Source of the DNA: Escherichia coli
Lineage (GTDB): Bacteria > Pseudomonadota > Gammaproteobacteria > Enterobacterales > Enterobacteriaceae
Strand: one strand, 5' to 3'
Assembly (NCBI RefSeq): GCF_003018255.1
Contig: NZ_CP027440.1
DNA length: 64,000 bases
Position numbers and translations under genes: made by a program. Positions 1 through 11,255 of this stretch are shown in pieces (position 1 is the stretch's first letter; each line of letters starts with the position of its first letter). The notes under the pieces were generated by a model. It was given only the letters and a program-made list of their open reading frames with translations, ran no database searches and was not told the origin of the DNA.

Positions 1-275
1 CCGTCGCGAGTGTCACACATATCATGCAGGAAATTGCCGCCGCCTCGGATGAGCAAAGTAGGGGTATAACGCAGGTTAGCCAGGCGATATCTGAAATGGA
101 TAAGGTGACGCAACAGAATGCTTCTCTGGTAGAAGAGGCCTCAGCAGCGGCAGTGTCCCTTGAAGAACAGGCGGCACGATTAACTGAGGCGGTGGACGTA
201 TTCCGTCTGAACAAACATTCTGTGTCGGCAGAACCTCGCGGAGCTGGTGAACCAGTTAGTTTCGCTACAGTGTGA
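1..275 (+). CDS. trg: Methyl-accepting chemotaxis protein III, 3' partial (5' end lies outside window)
   Basis: ORF open to window edge; translated C-terminus (signalling-domain sequence ...[16 protein letters not shown]...) recognised as MCP C-terminus; ORF track 24..275 is an internal Met. Confidence 0.8.
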   Translation, partial: VASVTHIMQEIAAASDEQSRGITQVSQAISEMDKVTQQNASLVEEASAAAVSLEEQAARLTEAVDVFRLNKHSVSAEPRGAGEPVSFATV

Positions 276-285
276 AAATGTTAAA

Positions 286-307
286 GGAGGGATCGACAGA
301 TCCCTTC
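286..307. terminator. Stem-loop (gggatc-gaca-gatccc) between convergent trg and ydcI; candidate bidirectional terminator
   Basis: Inverted repeat read directly in sequence; weak T-run. Confidence 0.35.
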
Positions 308-312
308 ACCTT

Positions 313-1236
313 TCAGAACGGCATTGATTTTCGAATAGCGTTAATCATCAACTGGCAACCAGAAGAGAACGTCGCATCTACGCGGGTCAGTATTCCAATC
401 GGTTCGCCTGCACCATGACCCGGAACAGGCAGGGCCACCAGCGTGGCATGACGCAGGTCGTCTTTTACAGCGCCAGAAGGGACAAACCACACGTAATCGT
501 ATTCAACCGTAAGTTGACGAGATAGCGAAGCAGACAGCGTTTCGATACAACCCGAAGGAATTTTACATCCCTGGCTCTGCACTAATGCATCTGAATGCTG
601 GCGTGGCGCAGTGCCTTCTGGTGATACAACGACCGGCCATTCCAGCACCCGGCTTAGCGTTACGTTCTCCTGAAGTAGCGGATGATTAGGGCGGACAACC
701 AGCTTCAGCGATTCAAGAAACAGCAGTTCGTAATTAAGTCCGGTCATCAGTTCAGGATCTGACATCCGACCAATGCCGATATCGATTTCCCCGGTTTTTA
801 AACCCGCAAGAATCATAGGGTTACTCATTGTCGCAACTTGCAAGGTCGTCTCTTTTTGTTGCTGATGAAACTGACCTATAACCGAAGGTAATATCCCCAG
901 TGCCGCAGTCGGTAGTGCACCAACCCTGACGACATCATTATTAAGACCTTCTTTACGATGAAGCGACTGTCCAGCAGTGTTGATGGCGTCAAGCACTCTG
1001 ACTGCATGCGTTAAAAATTGTTCGCCGGGTAAGGTAAGTTGCGCCCCCTGACGACCACGCTCAAACAAGCGAGCGCCCGTCAGCTGCTCCAGTTCATTCA
1101 ATGTCTTAGAGAGCGCAGGTTGACTCAAATTAAGGGTTTCAGCCGCGCGCCCCAAAGTTCCTTGTTGTGCGACAGCTACGAATGTATGAAGGTGGCGCAA
1201 ACGGATGCGCTGACTAAACAGACTATTTTTTTCCAT
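313..1236 (-). CDS. ydcI: LysR-family transcriptional regulator
   Basis: ORF 313..1386; N-terminal HTH (LRHLHTFVAVAQQGTLGRAAETLNLSQPALSKTLNELE) typical of LysR regulators; start set at Met51 (ATG at 1236) giving 307 aa. Confidence 0.85.
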   Translation of the reverse strand: MEKNSLFSQRIRLRHLHTFVAVAQQGTLGRAAETLNLSQPALSKTLNELEQLTGARLFERGRQGAQLTLPGEQFLTHAVRVLDAINTAGQSLHRKEGLNNDVVRVGALPTAALGILPSVIGQFHQQQKETTLQVATMSNPMILAGLKTGEIDIGIGRMSDPELMTGLNYELLFLESLKLVVRPNHPLLQENVTLSRVLEWPVVVSPEGTAPRQHSDALVQSQGCKIPSGCIETLSASLSRQLTVEYDYVWFVPSGAVKDDLRHATLVALPVPGHGAGEPIGILTRVDATFSSGCQLMINAIRKSMPF

Positions 1237-1452
1237 AAGCGATGTTAAAAACGAAGCGGTGTCGCTGACAAGTGAAGTTGTTTGATTATGATAACTTGAT
1301 TGCAAAATATTATTAACAATTAAAGCAATTATGTTACAGCGAAATGGATAATATTGATGTTTTCGCGGCGAGATCACAGTTTGCAAATTCTTCCCGCCAG
1401 AGTGAATGCGGTTACCTACACTCCAGATTACTGACCACTGGAGGCAGACATT

Positions 1453-2796
1453 ATGGCGAACAGCATCACGGCGGATGAGATTCGGGAACAGTTTTCGCAG
1501 GCAATGTCAGCCATGTACCAGCAAGAAGTTCCGCAGTACGGTACGCTGCTGGAACTGGTAGCTGATGTGAATCTGGCTGTGCTGGAAAACAATCCTCAAC
1601 TGCACGAAAAAATGGTAAATGCAGACGAGCTGGCGCGACTGAATGTTGAACGTCATGGGGCGATTCGTGTTGGGACTGCACAAGAGCTTGCTACTCTTCG
1701 GCGGATGTTTGCCATTATGGGGATGTACCCGGTGAGCTATTACGATCTCTCGCAGGCGGGGGTGCCGGTACATTCCACAGCATTTCGGCCCATTGATGAT
1801 GCTTCTCTGGCGCGTAATCCCTTCCGCGTTTTTACTTCATTACTCCGCCTTGAGCTTATCGAGAACGAAATTTTGCGCCAGAAAGCGGCGGAGATTCTGC
1901 GTCAGCGCGATATCTTCACCCCACGTTGTCGACAACTGTTAGAGGAATATGAGCAGCGGGGCGGTTTTAACGAAACACAGGCACAGGAGTTTGTGCAGGA
2001 AGCCCTGGAAACGTTTCGTTGGCACCAGTCAGCAACGGTAGATGAAGAAACCTATCGCGCCTTGCACAACGAACATCGGTTGATTGCTGATGTGGTCTGT
2101 TTTCCTGGATGCCATATCAACCACCTGACGCCACGCACGCTGGATATTGACCGGGTGCAGTCGATGATGCCTGAATGCGGAATTGAACCCAAAATTCTGA
2201 TCGAAGGGCCGCCGCGCCGCGAGGTACCGATTTTACTACGCCAGACTAGCTTTAAAGCACTGGAAGAGACGGTGTTGTTTGCAGGGCAGAAACAGGGCAC
2301 GCATACCGCGCGCTTTGGTGAAATAGAACAGCGTGGCGTGGCATTAACGCCGAAAGGACGACAACTGTATGATGATCTACTGCGGAACGCTGGAACCGGG
2401 CAGGATAATCTCACTCACCAAATGCATTTACAGGAAACCTTCCGCACTTTTCCTGACAGTGAGTTTTTAATGCGTCAGCAAGGGTTGGCATGGTTCCGGT
2501 ACCGTCTGACGCCTTCAGGTGAGACGCATCGTCAGGCGATTCATCCCGGAGACGATCCACAGCCCTTAATTGAACGTGGTTGGGTAGTGGCGCAACCCAT
2601 TACCTATGAAGATTTCTTGCCTGTTAGCGCGGCGGGGATCTTCCAGTCAAATCTGGGTAATGAAACGCAGGCACGCAGTCACGGTAATGCCAGTCGCGAA
2701 GCATTTGAGCAGGCGTTGGGCTGCCCGGTTTTGGATGAGTTCCAGCTTTATCAGGAAGCGGAAGAACGCAGTAAACGTCGCTGTGGTTTGCTTTAA
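1453..2796 (+). CDS. ydcJ: DUF1338-family putative metalloenzyme (2-oxoadipate dioxygenase/decarboxylase-like)
   Basis: 447-aa ORF with GGAGG ribosome-binding site; divergent from ydcI; sequence recognised as YdcJ. Confidence 0.85.
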   Translation: MANSITADEIREQFSQAMSAMYQQEVPQYGTLLELVADVNLAVLENNPQLHEKMVNADELARLNVERHGAIRVGTAQELATLRRMFAIMGMYPVSYYDLSQAGVPVHSTAFRPIDDASLARNPFRVFTSLLRLELIENEILRQKAAEILRQRDIFTPRCRQLLEEYEQRGGFNETQAQEFVQEALETFRWHQSATVDEETYRALHNEHRLIADVVCFPGCHINHLTPRTLDIDRVQSMMPECGIEPKILIEGPPRREVPILLRQTSFKALEETVLFAGQKQGTHTARFGEIEQRGVALTPKGRQLYDDLLRNAGTGQDNLTHQMHLQETFRTFPDSEFLMRQQGLAWFRYRLTPSGETHRQAIHPGDDPQPLIERGWVVAQPITYEDFLPVSAAGIFQSNLGNETQARSHGNASREAFEQALGCPVLDEFQLYQEAEERSKRRCGLL

Positions 2797-3020
2797 ATTC
2801 TGACCATCCGCCTTTGCAAAAATTTGCCTGATTTTACAAACGAATCAGGCTCATCCCATCGACATAAAAAAATTGCCGATTTATGCATATTCTCTCAGTT
2901 CAACAATTGGATTATTAATAAATATTGTCTAGAGTGAGCGGTCATAAATAAGCACTTTCTTGCCGCTGAAAACGATCAGCGCGGGACCATTCACAACACC
3001 AGAAGGACTCACTTTCAGGT

Positions 3021-4676
3021 ATGGATCGTAGACGATTTATTAAAGGTTCAATGGCTATGGCCGCCGTGTGCGGTACCAGCGGCATTGCTTCTCTTTTTTC
3101 TCAGGCGGCATTCGCGGCAGATTCTGATATTGCCGACGGGCAAACCCAACGTTTTGACTTCTCCATTCTACAGTCAATGGCGCACGACTTAGCGCAAACA
3201 GCGTGGCGTGGTGCGCCGCGTCCGTTACCTGACACTCTGGCGACAATGACGCCGCAGGCTTATAACAGTATTCAATACGACGCCGAAAAATCGCTCTGGC
3301 ATAACGTTGAGAACCGTCAACTGGACGCTCAGTTCTTCCATATGGGAATGGGATTCCGTCGCCGCGTTCGTATGTTTTCTGTAGATCCAGCAACACATCT
3401 GGCGCGTGAAATTCACTTTCGCCCGGAGTTGTTCAAATACAACGATGCGGGTGTTGATACCAAACAATTAGAAGGGCAAAGTGATCTCGGTTTTGCCGGT
3501 TTTCGCGTGTTTAAAGCCCCCGAACTGGCGCGCCGTGATGTCGTATCATTCCTCGGCGCGAGTTATTTCCGCGCGGTTGATGATACATATCAATACGGTT
3601 TGTCGGCCCGCGGCCTGGCGATCGACACTTACACCGACAGTAAAGAAGAGTTCCCCGACTTTACTGACTTCTGGTTTGATACGGTAAAACCGGGGGCAAC
3701 CACCTTTACCGTTTATGCGTTGCTCGATAGCGCCAGCATTACTGGTGCCTATAAGTTCACTATCCATTGTGAGAAAAGTCAGGTGATTATGGATGTGGAA
3801 AATCACCTGTATGCGCGCAAAGACATTAAACAGCTGGGCATTGCGCCGATGACCAGCATGTTCAGCTGCGGTACTAATGAACGTCGGATGTGCGACACCA
3901 TTCATCCGCAAATCCATGACTCTGATCGTTTGTCCATGTGGCGGGGCAATGGCGAGTGGATTTGTCGTCCGCTGAATAATCCGCAAAAATTGCAGTTCAA
4001 TGCTTACACCGACAACAACCCGAAAGGGTTTGGTTTATTGCAACTGGATCGTGATTTCTCCCATTATCAGGACATTATGGGCTGGTATAACAAACGCCCA
4101 AGTCTGTGGGTGGAGCCGCGTAACAAGTGGGGTAAGGGCACCATCGGCCTGATGGAAATCCCAACAACGGGCGAAACGCTGGATAACATTGTCTGCTTCT
4201 GGCAGCCAGAAAAAGCGGTAAAAGCGGGTGATGAGTTTGCATTCCAGTATCGTCTGTACTGGAGTGCGCAACCGCCTGTTCATTGCCCATTAGCGCGCGT
4301 TATGGCGACGCGTACCGGCATGGGCGGTTTCCCGGAAGGTTGGGCGCCAGGTGAACACTATCCCGAAAAATGGGCGCGACGTTTTGCCGTCGATTTCGTT
4401 GGTGGTGATCTGAAAGCTGCCGCGCCAAAAGGCATTGAGCCGGTGATTACGCTTTCCAGTGGGGAAGCGAAACAAATCGAAATTCTCTATATTGAACCCA
4501 TTGATGGTTATCGTATTCAGTTTGACTGGTATCCGACTTCGGACTCCACTGATCCGGTCGATATGCGGATGTATCTGCGTTGTCAGGGCGACGCTATCAG
4601 TGAAACATGGCTGTATCAGTATTTCCCGCCAGCGCCGGATAAACGTCAGTATGTTGATGACCGCGTGATGAGTTAA
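3021..4676 (+). CDS. opgD: Glucans biosynthesis protein D (periplasmic, Tat-exported)
   Basis: 551-aa ORF; N-terminal twin-arginine signal [10 protein letters not shown]...AFA; recognised as OpgD/MdoD. Confidence 0.9.
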   Translation: MDRRRFIKGSMAMAAVCGTSGIASLFSQAAFAADSDIADGQTQRFDFSILQSMAHDLAQTAWRGAPRPLPDTLATMTPQAYNSIQYDAEKSLWHNVENRQLDAQFFHMGMGFRRRVRMFSVDPATHLAREIHFRPELFKYNDAGVDTKQLEGQSDLGFAGFRVFKAPELARRDVVSFLGASYFRAVDDTYQYGLSARGLAIDTYTDSKEEFPDFTDFWFDTVKPGATTFTVYALLDSASITGAYKFTIHCEKSQVIMDVENHLYARKDIKQLGIAPMTSMFSCGTNERRMCDTIHPQIHDSDRLSMWRGNGEWICRPLNNPQKLQFNAYTDNNPKGFGLLQLDRDFSHYQDIMGWYNKRPSLWVEPRNKWGKGTIGLMEIPTTGETLDNIVCFWQPEKAVKAGDEFAFQYRLYWSAQPPVHCPLARVMATRTGMGGFPEGWAPGEHYPEKWARRFAVDFVGGDLKAAAPKGIEPVITLSSGEAKQIEILYIEPIDGYRIQFDWYPTSDSTDPVDMRMYLRCQGDAISETWLYQYFPPAPDKRQYVDDRVMS

Positions 4677-4815
4677 TCGTTTTTTCTTCGGCATCTTCTT
4701 CGGGAGGTGCCGTCTGGTTAAACACGATCCCGCTCGCATTTTTCCCTAAGTTAAATGAGTAATCTGATGGTGTGTATTTCAGATACACCTTGTCAGCCAC
4801 TAACAGGGAGTGCGT

Positions 4816-5040
4816 ATGTTTCCAGAATACCGAGATTTAATATCCCGTCTGAAAAACGAAAATCCTCGCTTTATGTCCTTGTTCGATAAACACAATAAAC
4901 TTGATCATGAAATTGCCAGAAAGGAAGGTTCCGACGGTCGAGGGTACAATGCGGAAGTGGTCCGCATGAAAAAACAAAAGCTACAGTTAAAAGATGAGAT
5001 GCTCAAAATCCTGCAGCAGGTGAGCGTCAAAGAGGTGTAA
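4816..5040 (+). CDS. ydcH: DUF465-family small protein
   Basis: ORF 4810..5040 (GTG); ATG at 4816 preceded by GGGAG gives 74 aa. Confidence 0.7.
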   Translation: MFPEYRDLISRLKNENPRFMSLFDKHNKLDHEIARKEGSDGRGYNAEVVRMKKQKLQLKDEMLKILQQVSVKEV

Positions 5041-5048
5041 ACTTTCCT

Positions 5049-5073
5049 AAGCCGCCAGCCAGGCGGCTTTTTT
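5049..5073 (+). terminator. Rho-independent terminator downstream of ydcH
   Basis: Hairpin aagccgcc-agcc-aggcggctt followed by T-run. Confidence 0.5.
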
Positions 5074-5102
5074 AACAACTGCATGGATTGACTGGAGATA
5101 AG

Positions 5103-5642
5103 ATGACTGAAACGATAAAAGTAAGTGAATCACTTGAATTACATGCTGTTGCAGAAAGTCATGTCACACCTCTTTATCAGTTAATCTGTAAAAATAGAAC
5201 CTGGTTACAGCAGTCGCTAAACTGGCCGCAGTTTGTTCAAAGTGAAGAGGACACGCGAAAAACGGTGCAGGGTAATGTGATGTTGCATCAACGCGGCTAT
5301 GCCAAAATGTTCATGATTTTCAAAGAAGATGAACTTATCGGCGTTATCTCGTTTAATCGTATTGAACCACTGAATAAAACCGCTGAAATCGGCTACTGGC
5401 TGGACGAATCTCATCAGGGGCAGGGGATCATTTCTCAGGCGCTGCAGGCATTGATTCATCATTACGCTCAGTCTGGTGAACTTAGACGCTTCGTGATCAA
5501 ATGTCGGGTGGACAATGCGCAAAGCAACCAGGTCGCTTTGCGCAATGGTTTTATCCTTGAAGGTTGTCTGAAACAGGCTGAGTTCCTGAATGATGCCTAT
5601 GATGATGTGAACTTATACGCGCGTATTATCGATTCACAATAA
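5103..5642 (+). CDS. rimL: Ribosomal protein L7/L12 serine N-acetyltransferase (GNAT)
   Basis: ORF 5088..5642 (TTG); ATG at 5103 with GGAG 5 nt upstream gives 179 aa; GNAT motifs. Confidence 0.8.
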   Translation: MTETIKVSESLELHAVAESHVTPLYQLICKNRTWLQQSLNWPQFVQSEEDTRKTVQGNVMLHQRGYAKMFMIFKEDELIGVISFNRIEPLNKTAEIGYWLDESHQGQGIISQALQALIHHYAQSGELRRFVIKCRVDNAQSNQVALRNGFILEGCLKQAEFLNDAYDDVNLYARIIDSQ

Positions 5643-6614
5643 CCCTGCCAGCGGCGTTCGCGTAATGCGCTCCTCGCCGTTAATGACTTTTGGACCACGG
5701 ACATGAACCGTGTCGCCATCAAAGGCTTCAACGACGGCGTGGTCGGTTAACTCCACATGTTTTTCAATTATCACCGCACCTGTAATACGGCTCTCACCTT
5801 GTATTACAACGTGCTCGTCGAGCAGAATCGGTCCGCCACGTACCACGGCATTTCCGCCAATCAAGACATGATGTTTTAACACACAATTACCTTCCACAAT
5901 GGCATATTCCGCCACCTGCGAACTGTAATGAATCGTCGGAATGGCATCTTCTTCTATGCCAGCTTTCACCTGCGCGTGACCGTAGACTTTAGCACAATCG
6001 CATAGCCAGACGTTGTTCTCTTCATTACCTTCAACGCTGGCAAAATCAAAAACTTCGGCGCGATGTTCAATAAAAGCATACCGGACGACGGCATCGCCAT
6101 AAATTTGTGCCTGGTGAACAATACGCGAGGCGCTAACCCTTGCGCGATCATAAATTTGTAGCAGGAGTTGATGGTCGGGCGTTAAGCCTTGTGCGGCGAC
6201 GATCATAGAATGTTGATCAATTAAGGCGTGACCAAATATTCTACATTGCCCGCAAACTAATGAGTCACGAATGGTGACACTGTCACTTATATATGCACCC
6301 TGACTGATTTCACTATTATCGATCCAGACGTTATCCGTTGCGTAAACCTCTCCCCACAGTACGCTGGTGCCGGTGATGCGCGTATTACCGGAAATCACCG
6401 CTCCGCCGAACGCAATAGCATTCTGGTCGTAAATCCAGCAATTTCCTTCCTGTGCTAACACCGTTTCGCAATCGATCCAGCCGCCAGCGGTTCCTGCTAT
6501 CACATCGTTAAAATCGCTCATGGCGATAATCTGCCGTAATAACACACTTTTTTTAGTGCCATCATCCTGATAACTAAAGGCTCGCTGTTCTTCACTTAGA
6601 CGATATTTGCGCAT
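5634..6614 (-). CDS. ydcK: Hexapeptide-repeat (left-handed beta-helix) protein of unknown function
   Basis: 326-aa ORF; repetitive hexapeptide-like pattern; recognised as YdcK. Confidence 0.8.
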   Translation of the reverse strand: MRKYRLSEEQRAFSYQDDGTKKSVLLRQIIAMSDFNDVIAGTAGGWIDCETVLAQEGNCWIYDQNAIAFGGAVISGNTRITGTSVLWGEVYATDNVWIDNSEISQGAYISDSVTIRDSLVCGQCRIFGHALIDQHSMIVAAQGLTPDHQLLLQIYDRARVSASRIVHQAQIYGDAVVRYAFIEHRAEVFDFASVEGNEENNVWLCDCAKVYGHAQVKAGIEEDAIPTIHYSSQVAEYAIVEGNCVLKHHVLIGGNAVVRGGPILLDEHVVIQGESRITGAVIIEKHVELTDHAVVEAFDGDTVHVRGPKVINGEERITRTPLAGLL

Positions 6615-6737
6615 AGCGTTTTCCCACAGGTGACTTACTATAACCGTAGCAAATTCTGCGGCTCTGGCTATGCTCGAGAAAATTCCATAAAATGCATTTC
6701 AAATATACTTTATAAATTAAACAAAATGAGTAAGAAG

Positions 6738-7730
6738 ATGCAGAGCGATAAAGTGCTCAATTTGCCGGCAGGCTACTTTGGTATTGTGTTGGGGACGATA
6801 GGGATGGGATTTGCCTGGCGCTATGCCAGCCAGGTTTGGCAGGTCAGCCACTGGTTAGGGGATGGGCTGGTGATTCTGGCGATGATCATCTGGGGATTAT
6901 TAACTAGCGCATTTATTACCCGACTCATACGCTTTCCGCATAGCGTGCTGGCGGAAGTGCGCCATCCAGTGCTGAGCAGTTTTGTGAGTTTGTTTCCGGC
7001 AACGACGATGCTGGTGGCGATTGGTTTTGTTCCGTGGTTTCGCCCACTGGCGGTGTGCCTGTTCAGTTTTGGCGTCGTGGTTCAGTTGGCTTATGCCGCC
7101 TGGCAAACTGCGGGATTATGGCGCGGATCTCACCCTGAAGAAGCTACCACGCCTGGACTGTATCTGCCGACAGTTGCCAACAACTTTATCAGCGCAATGG
7201 CCTGTGGTGCGTTGGGCTACACCGACGCCGGTCTGGTGTTTTTAGGCGCAGGCGTTTTCTCATGGCTAAGCCTTGAACCTGTGATCTTGCAGCGTCTGCG
7301 CAGTTCGGGAGAATTACCCACGGCGCTGCGGACATCACTCGGCATTCAGCTCGCTCCTGCGCTGGTGGCCTGTAGTGCCTGGCTGAGCGTCAACGGCGGC
7401 GAGGGTGACACGCTGGCGAAAATGCTTTTCGGTTATGGACTGCTGCAACTGCTGTTTATGCTACGTCTGATGCCATGGTATCTCTCCCAGCCATTTAATG
7501 CTTCATTCTGGAGTTTCTCGTTCGGCGTATCTGCACTGGCAACCACCGGTTTGCATCTGGGGAGTGGCAGCGATAATGGATTTTTCCATACGCTGGCGGT
7601 GCCGCTGTTTATCTTTACCAATTTTATTATTGCAATACTGCTCATCCGTACTTTTGCGCTTCTGATGCAGGGAAAATTGTTAATCAGAACCGAGCGCGCC
7701 GTTTTAATGAAAGCAGAGGACAAAGAATGA
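6738..7730 (+). CDS. tehA: Tellurite resistance protein TehA (C4-dicarboxylate/SLAC-family membrane protein)
   Basis: ORF 6630..7730; ATG at 6738 ([15 protein letters not shown]...) gives 330 aa; polytopic membrane protein. Confidence 0.85.
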   Translation: MQSDKVLNLPAGYFGIVLGTIGMGFAWRYASQVWQVSHWLGDGLVILAMIIWGLLTSAFITRLIRFPHSVLAEVRHPVLSSFVSLFPATTMLVAIGFVPWFRPLAVCLFSFGVVVQLAYAAWQTAGLWRGSHPEEATTPGLYLPTVANNFISAMACGALGYTDAGLVFLGAGVFSWLSLEPVILQRLRSSGELPTALRTSLGIQLAPALVACSAWLSVNGGEGDTLAKMLFGYGLLQLLFMLRLMPWYLSQPFNASFWSFSFGVSALATTGLHLGSGSDNGFFHTLAVPLFIFTNFIIAILLIRTFALLMQGKLLIRTERAVLMKAEDKE

Positions 7731-8320
7731 TCATTCGTGACGAAAACTATTTTACTGATAAATATGAATTAACTCGCACACACTCTGAAGTGCTGGAAGC
7801 GGTGAAAGTGGTTAAACCGGGTAAAACGCTGGATCTGGGCTGTGGCAATGGTCGTAACAGTCTTTACCTGGCAGCCAATGGTTATGATGTTGACGCATGG
7901 GATAAAAATGCCATGAGTATCGCCAACGTCGAGCGGATTAAATCCATTGAAAATCTGGAGAATTTACACACCCGGGTCGTTGATCTGAATAACCTCACAT
8001 TTGATGGACAGTATGATTTTATTCTTTCGACTGTGGTGCTGATGTTCCTTGAGGCTAAAACCATCCCAGGGCTGATTGCCAATATGCAACGTTGCACTAA
8101 ACCTGGCGGTTACAACCTGATTGTGGCGGCGATGGATACCGCTGATTATCCATGTACCGTCGGCTTCCCGTTTGCCTTCAAAGAGGGGGAATTACGTCGA
8201 TATTACGAAGGCTGGGAGATGGTGAAATACAATGAAGACGTCGGCGAGCTGCACCGCACCGACGCCAACGGTAATCGTATTAAACTGCGTTTCGCCACGA
8301 TGCTGGCACGTAAAAAATGA
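7727..8320 (+). CDS. tehB: Tellurite methyltransferase (SAM-dependent)
   Basis: 197-aa ORF overlapping tehA stop by 4 nt (ATGA); SAM-binding motif [15 protein letters not shown]. Confidence 0.9.
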   Translation: MIIRDENYFTDKYELTRTHSEVLEAVKVVKPGKTLDLGCGNGRNSLYLAANGYDVDAWDKNAMSIANVERIKSIENLENLHTRVVDLNNLTFDGQYDFILSTVVLMFLEAKTIPGLIANMQRCTKPGGYNLIVAAMDTADYPCTVGFPFAFKEGELRRYYEGWEMVKYNEDVGELHRTDANGNRIKLRFATMLARKK

Positions 8321-8482
8321 CCCGCTAGGAACAAGGCGCGTGAAAATTCCCCACGCTGAGATGGTTTACTGTTCTTCTTTTCGGTAAGCATATTTTTTAT
8401 CGAATGGATGTGAAATTAATCACAGTAGTCGAAATTTTTTAGCAGCTTAACTTACTGAAATTTAACTACTGATGATTGACTT

Positions 8483-8581
8483 AGCCCCTTTTTCGGCAGC
8501 CCCTTTTTCGGCATTGACTATGTCTTTTTCGGCATTGACTATGTCTTTTTCGGCATTGACTATGTCGTCTGAAAAGGGGCT
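8483..8581. repeat. Three perfect tandem copies of 21-bp unit ctttttcggcattgactatgt (8503-8565), preceded by two copies of gcccctttttcggca, flanked by inverted repeat agcccctttt / aaaaggggct
   Basis: Read directly from sequence in tehB-ydcL intergenic region. Confidence 0.7.
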
Positions 8582-8679
8582 AAAAAATTTATTTTCACCA
8601 ACACTTTTTTTGCCACAACACGAAGCGGCGCTTTTTGCTATAACTTAGAAAGTAATATAATCATCTCAGGAAACTATTC

Positions 8680-9348
8680 ATGCGTACCACATCAATTGCG
8701 AAAGTTGCAGCTTTATGCGGCTTGTTGGCTCTGTCTGGTTGTGCCTCTAAAATCACCCAGCCAGATAAATATTCTGGTTTTTTAAACAATTACTCTGATT
8801 TAAAAGAAACAACCTCAGCAACAGGTAAACCTGTTTTACGTTGGGTAGACCCGAGTTTTGATCAAAGCAAATATGACAGCATCGTCTGGAACCCAGTCAC
8901 TTATTATCCGGTACCGAAACCATCTACCCAGGTAGGGCAGAAAGTTCTGGATAAAATTTTGAGTTATACCAACACCGAAATGAAAGAAGCGATTGCGCAG
9001 CGTAAACCACTGGTTACCACCGCTGGGCCGCGTAGTCTGATTTTCCGTGGGGCCATTACCGGTGTAGATACCAGCAAAGAAGGGCTGCAATTCTATGAAG
9101 TGGTTCCTGTTGCATTAGTGGTTGCGGGGACGCAAATGGCGACGGGCCACCGTACCATGGATACTCGCCTGTATTTTGAAGGTGAGCTGATTGATGCAGC
9201 GACTAATAAACCGGTTATCAAAGTCGTTCGTCAGGGCGAAGGTAAAGACCTGAATAACGAAAGTACGCCAATGGCTTTCGAAAATATTAAACAAGTTATT
9301 GATGACATGGCGACCGATGCCACCATGTTTGACGTTAACAAAAAGTAA
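8680..9348 (+). CDS. ydcL: Lipoprotein (DUF3313 family)
   Basis: 222-aa ORF; signal peptide with lipobox LSGC. Confidence 0.85.
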   Translation: MRTTSIAKVAALCGLLALSGCASKITQPDKYSGFLNNYSDLKETTSATGKPVLRWVDPSFDQSKYDSIVWNPVTYYPVPKPSTQVGQKVLDKILSYTNTEMKEAIAQRKPLVTTAGPRSLIFRGAITGVDTSKEGLQFYEVVPVALVVAGTQMATGHRTMDTRLYFEGELIDAATNKPVIKVVRQGEGKDLNNESTPMAFENIKQVIDDMATDATMFDVNKK

Positions 9349-9356
9349 TACCAGTT

Positions 9357-9382
9357 GCGCCATCGTTAGATGGCGCTTTTTA
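9357..9382 (+). terminator. Rho-independent terminator downstream of ydcL
   Basis: Hairpin gcgccatc-gtta-gatggcgc followed by TTTTT. Confidence 0.55.
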
Positions 9383-10555
9383 TTATCGGTTTCTGTTAGC
9401 GATTAAATTCAACACCACGTAACAAACGCCTCCGGCAATTAATCCCCAGAACGCAGAACCAATCCCGACCAGCGTCAATCCACTTGCCGTTACCAGAAAT
9501 GCCACCACCGCCGCGTCGCGCTCACGCTCATTATGCAGCGCCTGATACAAACTGCCGCCAATGGTACTCAACAGCGCAAGACCTGCCAGCATCTGGATCC
9601 AACTTACGGGCAGGGCAGCCATCATCCCGGTAATGGCACTACCAAACAGACCTGCGATCAAATAAAAAATGCCGGCAACGGCAGCGGCCAGCCAACGTTG
9701 ATCTTTATCCGGATGCGCTTCCGGGCTTTGGCAAATAGCCGCGGTGATTGCCGCAATACCGACGGAATAAACGCCGAAAGGGGAAAAAAACAGTGCCAGC
9801 AATCCAGTAAACACAATTAATGGCGAAACAGGAGCCGAATATCCAGCTGCTTTCATTGCTGCGATACCCGGTGCGTTTTGCGATGCCATCGTCACCAGAA
9901 AAAGGGGGAGTGCAACGCTCAGGCTGTGAGCAAACGAAAAATCAGGGCTAATATAAGTGGGGAGAACGGGTTTAAAGACAACATCAGTTGTGACAACGTC
10001 ACCTTGCGCGATAACGATCACGACCCCAATAATCATCGCGGCAATTACCGCATAGCGCGGTGCAACGGCCTTGGTTGCCAGCCATACCAGCAACATACTG
10101 CCACACAACGTAAATTGATCATCCAGACTGGCAAACGCCTGTAAACCAAAGCGTAATAAAATCCCGGCAAGCATTGCCGCCGCAAGCGAGTGCGGAATAA
10201 TGCGCATCAGACGAGCAAAGAGTCCCGTTATGCCGCAGAGGACTATTAACGCGTTGGTGACAATAAAAACGCCGATGGCTTCGTTAAGTGTTAGTCCCTG
10301 TAATCCGGTGACCAACAAAGCCGCGCCAGGCGTTGACCATGCGGTGAGAACAGGTACGCGATACCATAATGTCAGAGCCAGCGTACTGACGCCCATTGCC
10401 AGCCCCAGCGCCGTCATCCAGCCAGAGATTTGTGCAGTGGTGGCTCCGGCGACAATCGCTGCTTGCCAGATTATTGCCGCTGAACTGGCGTAGCCAATTA
10501 ATACCGCCAGAAACCCCGCCAGTAGCGTGGGTGGAGGAATAGAAAACAGACGCAT
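9383..10555 (-). CDS. ydcO: BenE-family (benzoate transporter-like) inner membrane protein
   Basis: ORF 9383..10678; start set at ATG 10555 (MRLFSIPPPTLLAGF...); highly hydrophobic. Confidence 0.8.
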   Translation of the reverse strand: MRLFSIPPPTLLAGFLAVLIGYASSAAIIWQAAIVAGATTAQISGWMTALGLAMGVSTLALTLWYRVPVLTAWSTPGAALLVTGLQGLTLNEAIGVFIVTNALIVLCGITGLFARLMRIIPHSLAAAMLAGILLRFGLQAFASLDDQFTLCGSMLLVWLATKAVAPRYAVIAAMIIGVVIVIAQGDVVTTDVVFKPVLPTYISPDFSFAHSLSVALPLFLVTMASQNAPGIAAMKAAGYSAPVSPLIVFTGLLALFFSPFGVYSVGIAAITAAICQSPEAHPDKDQRWLAAAVAGIFYLIAGLFGSAITGMMAALPVSWIQMLAGLALLSTIGGSLYQALHNERERDAAVVAFLVTASGLTLVGIGSAFWGLIAGGVCYVVLNLIANRNR

Positions 10556-10646
10556 GGTCACCTCGTGCGTTATAGCATACAGGTACCGTAGCATTTGTCC
10601 GTTATAACGCACAAGTGATAAACTTCCGTTTTGCCGGAGGAGTCGC

Positions 10647-11183
10647 ATGGAAAATCTCACTCGCTTTTTATCCACCACACTTAAACAACTACGTCAGCAG
10701 CGCGGCTGGAGTCTTTCGCGACTGGCAGAAGCGACGGGCGTTTCTAAAGCGATGTTAGGGCAGATTGAGCGTAATGAGTCCAGCCCGACGGTCGCGACAT
10801 TATGGAAAATTGCCACCGGGTTGAATGTGCCATTTTCGACATTTATTTCTCCGCCGCAGTCCGCTACGCCTTCAGTTTATGATCCGCAACAGCAGGTGAT
10901 GGTGATCACTTCGCTGTTTCCTTATGATCCACAACTCTGCTTTGAACACTTCTCGATTCAGATGGCACCTGGTGCAATAAGTGAATCGACGCCCCATGAG
11001 AAGGGAGTAATCGAACATGTTGTCGTCATTGATGGGCAACTTGATCTGTGCGTTGATGGTGAATGGCAGAGCCTTAATTGTGGAGAAGGCGCTCGATTTG
11101 CTGCAGACGTTACGCATGTCTATCGTAATGGTGGGGAGCAAATCGTACATTTTCATTCCCTCATCCATTACCCACGCAGTTAA
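10647..11183 (+). CDS. sutR: XRE-family HTH plus cupin-domain transcriptional regulator
   Basis: 178-aa ORF; N-terminal HTH (LSRLAEATGVSKAMLGQIERNESSPT), C-terminal cupin; divergent from ydcO. Confidence 0.85.
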   Translation: MENLTRFLSTTLKQLRQQRGWSLSRLAEATGVSKAMLGQIERNESSPTVATLWKIATGLNVPFSTFISPPQSATPSVYDPQQQVMVITSLFPYDPQLCFEHFSIQMAPGAISESTPHEKGVIEHVVVIDGQLDLCVDGEWQSLNCGEGARFAADVTHVYRNGGEQIVHFHSLIHYPRS

Positions 11184-11255
11184 GCGGGAAAACTATTTCG
11201 CAACGTCGCGCTTGTGGCTAAAATAGCCGCCATTTTTCAGCTACTGGATAAGAAT

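Noticed and set aside
24-275. 83-aa ORF as an independent small gene
   Set aside because: It is the C-terminal end of the trg chemoreceptor gene, whose 5' portion lies outside the window.
1039-1248. 69-aa plus-strand ORF inside ydcI
   Set aside because: Embedded antisense in the LysR regulator gene; no support.
8503-8565. Tandem 21-bp repeats as a possible CRISPR array
   Set aside because: Repeats are directly abutting with no spacers, only three copies, not palindromic in the CRISPR sense, and no cas genes nearby.
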